Shown: positions 9,796 through 17,777 of the stretch, one piece after another
Numbering within the stretch: position 1 is the first letter of the stretch
How the letters are laid out: each line of letters opens with the position of its first letter
Assembly: GCA_050183995.1 (NCBI GenBank)
Contig: JBFXAT010000015.1
Span: forward strand, 7,415-71,414
Length of the DNA: 64,000 bases
Source of the DNA: Vicinamibacterales bacterium
GTDB lineage: Bacteria > Acidobacteriota > Vicinamibacteria > Vicinamibacterales > CAVVIG01
Direction: 5' to 3'
Notes under the pieces: generated by a model
The model's input: only the letters and a program-made list of their open reading frames with translations
Databases searched by the model: none
What the model was told of the DNA's origin: nothing
Program-made: the position numbers and the translations under genes

Positions 9796-10266
9796 TTGAG
9801 TGTGAGACGTGAACCCGATCGTGACGAGCCGATCATCGCCATGCGCAACTCCGCGCGCGCGGGCGACGTGCCGCACGACTGTTTCAACGACGAGATCGCG
9901 ATCGACTTTCCGTCCGTGAATCGGCTCGTCGATCGGCTGCGCGACGCATTCCTCGGCGAGGACGAGCGCGACACCGCCGGAACCGTGCGCCACGAGGTGC
10001 GGCTGTCGAATCGCGAGGCTCAGCGCGGAACGATCGTGCCGCTGCAGCTGCCCCTCAAGGGAACGTGCCGGCGATGTGGTGGACGCGGCGAGGTGTGGAC
10101 CGAACCGTGCGCCGCCTGCCTCGGCAGCGGTGACGCGCTCGTGTGCCATCCCATTCGCGTCTCGGTTCCCGCAGGCGTCTCCAACGGCACCCAGTTCCGT
10201 TTTCGCGTCAGCTCGCCGCACGCGGCTCCCGTTCGAGTCGAGTTGCGCGTGGCGATCTGCGCCTGA
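9796..10266 (+). CDS. DnaJ-like zinc-finger plus C-terminal beta-domain protein lacking a J domain
   Basis: CRRCGGRGEV and CAACLGSGD are two CxxCxGxG repeats. They are followed by IRVSVPAGVSNGTQFRF, typical of the DnaJ C-terminal domain. No HPD/J-domain is present. The start (TTG 9796 or ATG 9841) is uncertain. Confidence 0.55.
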   Translation: MSVRREPDRDEPIIAMRNSARAGDVPHDCFNDEIAIDFPSVNRLVDRLRDAFLGEDERDTAGTVRHEVRLSNREAQRGTIVPLQLPLKGTCRRCGGRGEVWTEPCAACLGSGDALVCHPIRVSVPAGVSNGTQFRFRVSSPHAAPVRVELRVAICA

Positions 10267-10309
10267 TCACACCCGAGTCCGGCGTCCTCGCGCCGGGGGA
10301 TTCTGAGGC

Positions 10310-10729
10310 ATGAAAGGCGCCGCCCATCCGCTCCGCTCGCCGGAGACCCACGTCGATCTGGCCGGCGTGCTGTTCATCGTCTGGGGTGGCCTGACGATCC
10401 TGATCGGCGCGTCGACCCTCGCGCTCGGCATGGCGGCGGCCGCGCTGATTTCCACCGCCGCGCAGGCCGGGCGCGGCCAGTTCGCCGCCGGACTCACGGC
10501 GGCCACCTTCACGCTCCTCGCGATACTCGCCGTGTTGTGGGGAGCGGCACACGTCAGCATCGGCCTCCTGCTCCGGCGCAGGCGGCACTGGTCGCGCCAC
10601 GCCGCGATCCTGCTCGGCGCCATCGACCTGCTGCTCCTGCCGTTCGGCACGGCGCTCGGCGTGTACGCCCTGTGGGTGCTGCTGCGCGAGGAGTCGAAGC
10701 GGCTCTTCGACACCAGCTCTCGCGGCTAG
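10310..10729 (+). CDS. Hypothetical integral membrane protein (about 4 TM)
   Basis: 139 aa with four hydrophobic stretches (VLFIVWGGLTILIGASTLALGMAAAALI, LTAATFTLLAILAVLWGAAHV, AAILLGAIDLLLLPFGTALGVYALWVLL). Confidence 0.6.
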   Translation: MKGAAHPLRSPETHVDLAGVLFIVWGGLTILIGASTLALGMAAAALISTAAQAGRGQFAAGLTAATFTLLAILAVLWGAAHVSIGLLLRRRRHWSRHAAILLGAIDLLLLPFGTALGVYALWVLLREESKRLFDTSSRG

Positions 10730-10935
10730 GGTGGATCGACCGTTCCTGCCGGCGTCCACGGACCGCACGTCGAGAGGCGACGCGCCGTCCGCCATCCTCC
10801 ACGCAGCAGCCCCTCGCGCCGGATGACGACTTCCGCATACCGGCTGCACGACGGCGTGAAGCGGCACGGCCCGATCACCCGAGCGACAATCGGCGCCAAC
10901 GCGCGCTGGTAGACGTGGATTCCCGCGATGGCCAC
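10726..10935 (-). CDS. yidD: Membrane protein insertion efficiency factor YidD
   Basis: 69 aa with the YidD signature YQ...CRFTPSCSRYA...G...RRLSTCGPW..G..DP. GTG start. Confidence 0.85.
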   Translation of the reverse strand: MAIAGIHVYQRALAPIVARVIGPCRFTPSCSRYAEVVIRREGLLRGGWRTARRLSTCGPWTPAGTVDPP

Positions 10936-11035
10936 CGGAGCCCCGGCGCCGGTCGCGCCGATGCCTGTCGTGAGCGCGACGCCGATCGCGAGCGCCGCTG
11001 CCGCCCGTCGAATCGCGCGCGCGCGACGTTCGCGG

Positions 11036-11377
11036 CTAGAAGCGCGCGACGTATTCGCTGACTCCCGGGACGATGAATCGGGACCCGCTCAACGCGCGGA
11101 CGATCGCCACGATGTGCAGCAGCAGGACGCCCGCCCACAGGAACAGGAACACGACCGAGACGATGCAGCCGAGTCCGAAGGTCACGATGGTGACGATCGT
11201 CGTCGCGATCGACAGGGCCAGGAACGCGGCGAGCTCGGCCGCCATCAGCACGAGTCCGTGTTTGGCGTGCCACTGGATCTCGGCGTCGTCTCTCGAGAGC
11301 AGGAGGGGGATGACCGCGAGCGGCCACAAGTAGGCCAGCACGAGCATCGTCGCGCGGCTGGGCGCCCCTTCGGCCAT
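11036..11377 (-). CDS. DUF4870-like small membrane protein
   Basis: 113 aa. The pattern LAYLWPLAVIPLL..RDD..IQWHAKHGLVL followed by two further TM helices is typical of that family. The call is from memory. Confidence 0.65.
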   Translation of the reverse strand: MAEGAPSRATMLVLAYLWPLAVIPLLLSRDDAEIQWHAKHGLVLMAAELAAFLALSIATTIVTIVTFGLGCIVSVVFLFLWAGVLLLHIVAIVRALSGSRFIVPGVSEYVARF

Positions 11378-11433
11378 TTTCGCGAGTCTAGCATTTCTTG
11401 TTCTGGCGGAGCCAAAGCCGATACCATCTGATC

Positions 11434-12513
11434 ATGGCGATTGAACACGCGGCCGTGCTGGATGCGCTCAAGGTCGTGCGCGATCCGGACTTGCACCGCG
11501 ACATCGTGAGCCTTGGTTTCGTCAAGGACGTGGCGGTCGACGGAGGCGCGGTGGCCTTCACGATCGAGCTGACGACGCCCGCGTGTCCGGTGAAGGACCA
11601 GATGCGCGATCAGGCCCGCGCGGCCGTGCTTCAGATTCCCGGTGTGTCGAGCGTCGACGTCACGATGAGCGCGCGCGTGCGCGAGGCGGCGTCGGTCGAA
11701 GGCCCGCGTCAGCCCGTGCCAGGGGTGAAGAACGTCATCGCGGTCGGCGCGGGCAAGGGCGGCGTCGGCAAGACCACGCTCGCCGTGAACCTCGCCATCG
11801 CGTTGAGCCGAGCCGGAAGCCGCGTCGGGATCATCGACGGCGACATCTACGGTCCGAACGTCCCGATCATGCTGGGCCTCAAGACACAGCTCGGCACCGA
11901 CGGCGAGAAGATCCTGCCGGCCGAGAAGTTCGGCCTCCAGGTGATCTCGATGGGGTTCCTGACGCAGGACGATGCGCCGGTGATCTGGCGCGGGCCCATG
12001 CTCCACGGTGCGCTGCAGCAGTTCTTCCGCGAGGTGCGGTGGAACGATCTCGACTACCTGATCGTCGACATGCCGCCCGGAACGGGCGATGTCGCCCTGA
12101 GCCTGAGCCAGACCGTGCCGGTGGCCGGCGCCATCGTGGTCACCACGCCGCAGCAGGTGTCGCTCGCGGACAGCCGCCGGGCCGTCGCGATGTATCAGAA
12201 GCTGAACATCTCGACGCTCGGGGTGATCGAGAACATGAGCTATTTCGCCTGCGGCCACTGCGGACAGCAGGCGGACATCTTCGGCACCGGCGGAGGCGAG
12301 GCGATGGCCGAGTCTCTGCGCCTGCCGTTTCTCGGGCGCATTCCGCTGTATCCGCCGGTGCGCGAGGGCGGCGACCGCGGCGTGCCGCTGATGATCAGCG
12401 AACCGGATTCGCCCGCCGCGCGCGCCATCGCGGAGGCCGCCGCCCGCGCCGCCGCGCAGATCTCCATCGCAAGCTACAACAGGCCGACGATTCCGCTCAC
12501 CGTCGTGCGATGA
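11434..12513 (+). CDS. apbC: Mrp/NBP35/ApbC-family iron-sulfur cluster carrier ATPase
   Basis: N-terminal DUF59-like segment (VRDPDLHRDIVSLGFVKDV). The deviant Walker A is GKGGVGKTT, and the CGHCG motif (CxxC) lies near the C-terminal part. Start taken at ATG 11434. Confidence 0.9.
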   Translation: MAIEHAAVLDALKVVRDPDLHRDIVSLGFVKDVAVDGGAVAFTIELTTPACPVKDQMRDQARAAVLQIPGVSSVDVTMSARVREAASVEGPRQPVPGVKNVIAVGAGKGGVGKTTLAVNLAIALSRAGSRVGIIDGDIYGPNVPIMLGLKTQLGTDGEKILPAEKFGLQVISMGFLTQDDAPVIWRGPMLHGALQQFFREVRWNDLDYLIVDMPPGTGDVALSLSQTVPVAGAIVVTTPQQVSLADSRRAVAMYQKLNISTLGVIENMSYFACGHCGQQADIFGTGGGEAMAESLRLPFLGRIPLYPPVREGGDRGVPLMISEPDSPAARAIAEAAARAAAQISIASYNRPTIPLTVVR

Positions 12514-13817
12514 CTATTTCCTTCACCAAACAGACGCTCGCCAACGGACTGGATGTCCTCGTGCACGAGGACCGCACCTGCCCGATCGTGTCGGTGAACA
12601 TCTGGTACCACGTCGGATCGAAGAACGAGGTTCCAGGGCGCACCGGCTTCGCGCATCTCTTCGAACACCTGATGTTCGAGGGGTCGAAGCATCACGACCG
12701 GGGCTACTTCCAGCCCCTGCAGGGCGCCGGCGCGCTCCTGAATGGATCGACCAACGCCGATCGCACCAACTACTGGGAAGTGGTGCCGACCAGCGCGCTG
12801 GATCTGGCGCTGTGGATGGAGTCCGACCGGATGGGCTATCTCCTTCCGGCGCTCACCGACGCGAAGTTCTCGAACCAGCGCGACGTCGTGTTGAACGAGC
12901 GGCGCCAGAACTACGAGAACCGGCCGTACGGGCTGGCGCCGATGGCGATGCTGGCCGGGATCTTTCCGCCGGAGCATCCGTATCACTGGACGACCATCGG
13001 CGAGATCGCCGATCTGCACGCGGCGCGGGTCGAAGACGTCCGCGAGTTCTTCAGCAGGTACTACCACCCGGCGAACGCCTCGATTGCGATTGCCGGCGAC
13101 GTCGACACGGCCGAGGCCATCGAGCTGGTGAAGCGGTACTTCGAGGAGATCGAGGCCGGTCCGGCGGTCGATCCCGTGCGCCCGCCTCCGCCGGTGCTCA
13201 GCGGAGAGACGCGGCTCCTGCTCGAGGATCGCGTCGAGCTGCCGCGTCTCTATCTCGCCTGGGTCACGCCCGCCATGTTCGCGCCTGGCGACGCCGACCT
13301 GGATCTGGCCGTCGACATCCTCGCCAACGGCAAGACGTCCCGCCTGTACCGGCGCCTGGTCTACGAACAGCGTGCCGCCACCGACGTATCCGCGGCGCAG
13401 AACTCGCGCGAGGTCGGCGGCTTCGTGCAAGTGGCCGCCACCGCCGCTCCGGGGCACACGTTGGCGGAGCTCGAGCGCGCCATCAGGGAAGAGCTCCAGC
13501 GCCTCGCGCAGGAGGGGCCGACCGAAGACGAGATCCTCCGCGGGCGCGTGCAGGCCGAGGCGCAGTTCATGTACCGGCTGCAGACGGTGGGCGGTTTCGG
13601 CGGCAAGTCGGATCAGCTCAACGCCTACAACACGTTCCTCGACGACCCGGGCTTCTTCGAGCGCGACCTCGCCCGATACAACGCAGTCACCGCCCGCTCC
13701 TTGCAGGACGCGGTGCGCCGCTACCTTGCGCTCGACGATCGCGTGTCGCTCAGCATCGTGCCGAAGGGCAAGACGGTCTTCGCGCTGCCCGATTCGACGC
13801 TGTCGCGCGCTTCATGA
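12510..13817 (+). CDS. M16 (pitrilysin/insulinase family) zinc peptidase, active-type subunit
   Basis: The inverted zinc motif HxxEH is present as HLFEHLMFEG. ATGA start/stop overlap with apbC. Confidence 0.9.
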   Translation: MTISFTKQTLANGLDVLVHEDRTCPIVSVNIWYHVGSKNEVPGRTGFAHLFEHLMFEGSKHHDRGYFQPLQGAGALLNGSTNADRTNYWEVVPTSALDLALWMESDRMGYLLPALTDAKFSNQRDVVLNERRQNYENRPYGLAPMAMLAGIFPPEHPYHWTTIGEIADLHAARVEDVREFFSRYYHPANASIAIAGDVDTAEAIELVKRYFEEIEAGPAVDPVRPPPPVLSGETRLLLEDRVELPRLYLAWVTPAMFAPGDADLDLAVDILANGKTSRLYRRLVYEQRAATDVSAAQNSREVGGFVQVAATAAPGHTLAELERAIREELQRLAQEGPTEDEILRGRVQAEAQFMYRLQTVGGFGGKSDQLNAYNTFLDDPGFFERDLARYNAVTARSLQDAVRRYLALDDRVSLSIVPKGKTVFALPDSTLSRAS

Positions 13818-13827
13818 AGGACCGTCG

Positions 13828-15189
13828 ATGAGCGTCGATCGCAGCCGGCTTCCGGTTCCGGGTCAGCCTCCGCCGTACCGCCTTCCCGCCATCGAGCGAT
13901 CGGCGCTTCCGAACGGCCTCCGTGTGTGGACGATCGCGCATACCGCGATCCCGGTCGCCACCGTCATCCTGCTCATCCGCCGGGGAGCCAGCGACGATCC
14001 GGTGGGCAAGGAGGGGCTGGCGGCGCTCACGGTCGACATGCTCGACGAGGGCACCGGTGCGTTGTCGGCGATCGAGATCCACGAGGCGCTCGCGCGCGTC
14101 GGGGCGCAGCTGGACGCCGACATCGGACCCGACGCAGCCCTGCTGACGCTGACGGTGCTGAGCCGGTTCATGACCCCGGCCGTCTCGCTGCTCGCCGACA
14201 TCGCGGTCCGGCCGGCCCTGCGCGAGGAGGACTTCACCCGCGTCCGCCAGTTGCGGCTTCATCGCCTGACGCAGCTGCGCGACGTGCCGGGCGCCGTGGC
14301 GGACCGTGCCTTCATGCGCCTGCTCTACGGCGCCCATCCATACGGTCATACGCCGCTCGGCGGAGACGCGTCGCTCCGCGGCTTGACCATCGACGACGTT
14401 CGGCAGTTCCACGGTTCGAACATCCGGCCGGGTGACGCGACGCTGGTCGTCGTGGGTGACTGCAGCCACGCCGGAGTCGTACAGGCCGCCTCGGACGCGT
14501 TTGGCGGCTGGACACCGACCGATCCTCGACCGCAGCCGGCCGCCTCGCCGCTGCCGCAGGCCCCGCGCCTGAACGTCATCGCCAGGAGCGGCGCACCGCA
14601 GTCCGAGCTTCGGATCGGGCACGTCGCCGTCTCGCGCAGCACGCCGGATTACCACGCGCTGGTCGTCGCGAACATGGCGCTCGGTGGACAGTTCGTCAGC
14701 CGCATCAACCTGAACCTGCGCGAGGAGAAGGGCTTCACCTATGGCGCGCGCACCTCGTTCGACTTCAGGCGCCTGCCTGGGCCGTTCACGCTGCAGGTGA
14801 GCGTGCAGACGGCCGCGACCGTCGAGGCCATACACGAGTCGCTCGACGAGATCGCCGCGATTCGCGGCAGCCGCCCGATCACGGCCGAGGAGCTGGCGAT
14901 GGGGGTCTCGGCGCTGACGCGCGGTTACGCGCGCAACTTCGAAACCGCGGAGCAGCTCGCCAGGGCCGCCACGCAGCTGGCGCTCTACGATCTGCCCGAC
15001 AACTACTTCGACGACTTCGTCCCGCGCGTCATGCAGGTGACGCTCGACGATCTGCGCCGCGTCACCCAGCAGTACCTCGATCCCGGGCGGCTGACGACGC
15101 TCATCGTCGGCGACTACGGCACGGTGGCCGCCGACCTGCCGAAGCTTGCGATGGGGATGCCGAACATCCTCGCGCCCGACACGTTCTGA
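13828..15189 (+). CDS. M16-family peptidase, second (HxxEH-less, probably non-catalytic) subunit
   Basis: 453 aa with the same fold text as the preceding gene (LPNGLRVW..., GLAALTVDMLDEGTG) but no HxxEH motif. It sits 10 nt after the first M16 gene. Confidence 0.85.
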   Translation: MSVDRSRLPVPGQPPPYRLPAIERSALPNGLRVWTIAHTAIPVATVILLIRRGASDDPVGKEGLAALTVDMLDEGTGALSAIEIHEALARVGAQLDADIGPDAALLTLTVLSRFMTPAVSLLADIAVRPALREEDFTRVRQLRLHRLTQLRDVPGAVADRAFMRLLYGAHPYGHTPLGGDASLRGLTIDDVRQFHGSNIRPGDATLVVVGDCSHAGVVQAASDAFGGWTPTDPRPQPAASPLPQAPRLNVIARSGAPQSELRIGHVAVSRSTPDYHALVVANMALGGQFVSRINLNLREEKGFTYGARTSFDFRRLPGPFTLQVSVQTAATVEAIHESLDEIAAIRGSRPITAEELAMGVSALTRGYARNFETAEQLARAATQLALYDLPDNYFDDFVPRVMQVTLDDLRRVTQQYLDPGRLTTLIVGDYGTVAADLPKLAMGMPNILAPDTF

Positions 15190-15235
15190 GACCGGCTCGG
15201 GGCGGCGATTCGGTGGCGCGCCAGGACGAGTGGCG

Positions 15236-15844
15236 ATGGACAGTGCGCTTCCGCGTGGAGCGCCGTTGCCGGATTGGATCATGCCAGGACCTGACCACGA
15301 GCCGACGCTGCCCGATGTCGTGGCTCAGCTCGGCGCACGGAAGGCGGACGCGGTCACGACGCTCGCCATGCTCGGTGCGCTGCGCGAGCGCGTCGTCGAG
15401 GGCTCCGCGCGGCTGGAGAATCCTCGCCTCGTCCTCGAATACGTCGACTACTTCGCGCAGGCGATTCACGACGTGGTGGACGTCCTGGATCAGCTGATCC
15501 TCGAACTGCCGCAACGTGCCGATGCCGCGCAGGTGCAGCTCCTGCGCGAGATTGCGGCGAACTGCCGGACGGAACAGCGGCGCTGCCTCATCTTCCGCGA
15601 TCAGTGCATCAACCGGCCGCTGCCCGACGAGCAGATGCGCCCGCTGCTCAATGACGTATCGGTGACGACCCGCGACCAGCTGACGGCGTTCTACGATCTC
15701 GGCAGCGCGGCGGCCAGGCTCGAGCGCATTCTTCCGGCCGGTGCTCCCGCCGCGGAGGCACGACGGGTGCTCGACCGCCGCCAGCTCTTCACGCGTCTCT
15801 TCACGTCCGCAAGAGGGGCGGTCACAAAGGGGCGCTCCGACTGA
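15236..15844 (+). CDS. Hypothetical protein
   Basis: About 202 aa from ATG 15236 with strong GC3 codon bias. The text is helical and I recognise no motif. Confidence 0.5.
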   Translation: MDSALPRGAPLPDWIMPGPDHEPTLPDVVAQLGARKADAVTTLAMLGALRERVVEGSARLENPRLVLEYVDYFAQAIHDVVDVLDQLILELPQRADAAQVQLLREIAANCRTEQRRCLIFRDQCINRPLPDEQMRPLLNDVSVTTRDQLTAFYDLGSAAARLERILPAGAPAAEARRVLDRRQLFTRLFTSARGAVTKGRSD

Positions 15845-15925
15845 TCGGCGAAACGGCGCGCCGACCGATCGGCGAGACGCCGCGACGATCGATCGACGAG
15901 GGCGCCGACCGATCGGACGGCGCCA
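15837..15925. repeat. Four imperfect tandem units (20-24 bp), each centred on the palindrome CCGA(C/T)CGATCGG / CGATCG
   Basis: The units are ccgactgatcggcgaaacggcgcg / ccgaccgatcggcgagacgccgcg / acgatcgatcgacgagggcg / ccgaccgatcggacggcgcc. The array starts 8 nt before the stop of the 15236..15844 gene and fills the convergent gap. Confidence 0.7.
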
Positions 15926-15967
15926 GGGCCGAGACGCGAGACACGGGTCCTCCGGGTGCGTCGGCGT

Positions 15968-17014
15968 CTACGCGAGCGCGTCCCGCAGGAACCTCGAGAG
16001 GATCCAGCCGTCGATGAACTTGAACGGCGTCTTGCCGGTCGAGTAGTGGCCGCAGCGAAGCACCGCGACCTGGTGGGGGATGCCTTGTGCCTTGAACTGG
16101 CGCACGAGCTCGCGGGACAGATCGACGGGGAACGTCAGGTCGTATCGTGCGTACACCAGGAGAGTCCTGCGCGTGCGAAGCCGCTCCAGGTAGTTGGCGG
16201 GGCTGAGCGGGTTCCAGAGCTGCCGCAGCAGGTCGAGCTCGATGTGGCCGTCGAGCCCCTCCCGCACGTGCGCCGTCGAGATCCCGCGCCAGACGACGTC
16301 GGCGAAATACGGCGAGATGTGGTTGAGCGCCTGGGCGCGCACGAGCGGCTCGTGCGCCGTGGTCAGCAGCGACAGGCAGGATCCCAGGCTCGAACCCAGG
16401 ATGCCGATCCGATCGTACCCCTGCAAGTGCAGCCACGCGATCGCGCGGCGGGCATCCAGCACCGCCTGCCGGCACACTTGCAGCGTACGCACGATGTTCG
16501 AGCTGACGATGTAGTCGGCGCGGTGGAGTTCGGATGGCATGCGCTTGTCGTGATACGGGAGGCTGAGCCTGAGCGCGGTCAGCCCGTGCATGGTCAGCAG
16601 CCGGCAGAGGCCCACGTGTCCGGTCTCGTCCGCGTTCCACTGCGGCAGCACCAGCACCGCCGGGCGATGCACCGCGCCTGCTGCCCGGTCCTTGGCGGGG
16701 AAGAGCCGTGCGTGCACGATGTTGTTCGCCGCGTGCGGCGTCGTCATCGCGCTCGGAAAGGTGAGCATCCGCTCACGATCGTCCAGGGCCTGGAGACGGT
16801 ATTCGGAGGTCGGCGGCGGAGTGTAGAACGCGTCGGTGTCGGCCATCACCTCCGCGACCCACTCGCCGATCAGGTCAGCCGGAGGCGCGGGCTGGGCGGA
16901 ATGGCGGCGCTCTGCGAGCCACTCGAGGCCCCACTCGAACGGACGCACGACACGGTCGGTCGTGGAAGCGGCGAGACGCCGCTCCCAGGCGTGGAAGATC
17001 GCTGAGAGCATCAC
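15968..17014 (-). CDS. Alpha/beta hydrolase family protein
   Basis: 348 aa with a GxSxG nucleophile elbow (GILGSSLGS) and a later conserved His region (LRCGHYS). Confidence 0.75.
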   Translation of the reverse strand: MMLSAIFHAWERRLAASTTDRVVRPFEWGLEWLAERRHSAQPAPPADLIGEWVAEVMADTDAFYTPPPTSEYRLQALDDRERMLTFPSAMTTPHAANNIVHARLFPAKDRAAGAVHRPAVLVLPQWNADETGHVGLCRLLTMHGLTALRLSLPYHDKRMPSELHRADYIVSSNIVRTLQVCRQAVLDARRAIAWLHLQGYDRIGILGSSLGSCLSLLTTAHEPLVRAQALNHISPYFADVVWRGISTAHVREGLDGHIELDLLRQLWNPLSPANYLERLRTRRTLLVYARYDLTFPVDLSRELVRQFKAQGIPHQVAVLRCGHYSTGKTPFKFIDGWILSRFLRDALA

Positions 17015-17094
17015 CCTTCATTATCGCGTCGGTCGATCCATCGAGCGGCGCGAAGGGGCGCGTGTCACGTCACGGCAAGGGCGACGCCGGATTG

Positions 17095-17463
17095 CTACTT
17101 GATCTGCATGTCGGGGCCGATGGTCAGCGTCGGCTGCCCCGGTCCATCGGGAGGAGCCTCGAAGGTGGCGGAGATCAGGAAGGTCTGATCCGTCACTTCG
17201 GCGCTGAACACGTAGCTGCCGCGGCGGTCGGGGATCTTGACGCCGCGCTGGCCGAGCTCGGCGAGCGTCAGATAGCGGCCTTCGAGGGCGTATTGCTGCC
17301 GCTCGACGTTCGCGATGGTCATCAGGTCGGTCTTCACCGCCACGGAATCGACGACCGTCGCGGGACTTGCCGCGCCGGTGAGCGAGGCGAGCTGCCGCGC
17401 TTGTAGAGCGTAGAAGCAGAGGCCCAGCGCCATCATGAGAATCAGCCCGAGTACCGCTTTCAT
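17095..17463 (-). CDS. Small membrane-anchored or secreted hypothetical protein
   Basis: 122 aa from ATG 17463, preceded by GGAGG. The N-terminus is hydrophobic (MKAVLGLILMMALGLCFYAL). The globular part is loosely reminiscent of pilin-like domains, but there is no prepilin motif. Confidence 0.6.
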   Translation of the reverse strand: MKAVLGLILMMALGLCFYALQARQLASLTGAASPATVVDSVAVKTDLMTIANVERQQYALEGRYLTLAELGQRGVKIPDRRGSYVFSAEVTDQTFLISATFEAPPDGPGQPTLTIGPDMQIK

Positions 17464-17724
17464 CCTGCCTCCTGCGAGAAGCCTGTCGTGAGAGGCGCCG
17501 CCTCGCGCGTCGCGGCGGCACGACAGCACTATCGGCCGGCCGGCGCCCGCTCGATAGCGCCTGGCCGTGCTATACTTCACAAGTTTCTGATGAACCGCCG
17601 GTCCGCCGGCCGAGCGCAGATGACCCTTACCCCCCTCATGCGAAAGTGCACCGGTCGAAAGCGGACCCGCCGTGTCGGGGGAGCTGTGCTCGAACGCTAG
17701 TCATTCGTCATCGAGCGAAGTCCT

Positions 17725-17759
17725 GCCGACCGGTGCTTCACCGTGTCGGCTTTTTTTTT
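17725..17759 (+). terminator. Intrinsic terminator inside the asd leader (candidate attenuator)
   Basis: gccgaccggtg (17725-17735) pairs with caccgtgtcggc (17739-17750), giving 11 bp with one bulged T and a 3-nt loop. Nine consecutive T follow (17751-17759). No plus-strand gene lies upstream, and the asd ATG is 19 nt downstream. Confidence 0.65.
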
Positions 17760-17777
17760 GGAGAGCGCAGGCGTCGT

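Noticed and set aside
15837-15925. Possible CRISPR array
   Set aside because: There are only four imperfect units of 20-24 bp, directly abutting with no spacers, and no cas genes in the window. It is a simple tandem repeat, not a CRISPR array.
17583-17724. Lysine riboswitch (L-box) upstream of asd/lysC
   Set aside because: I looked for the conserved L-box elements as I remember them (GAGGCGC, GCCGAAG, TGGAG, CTGTCA-type boxes) and could not find them. I therefore report only a terminator plus alternative pairing and do not name a riboswitch class.
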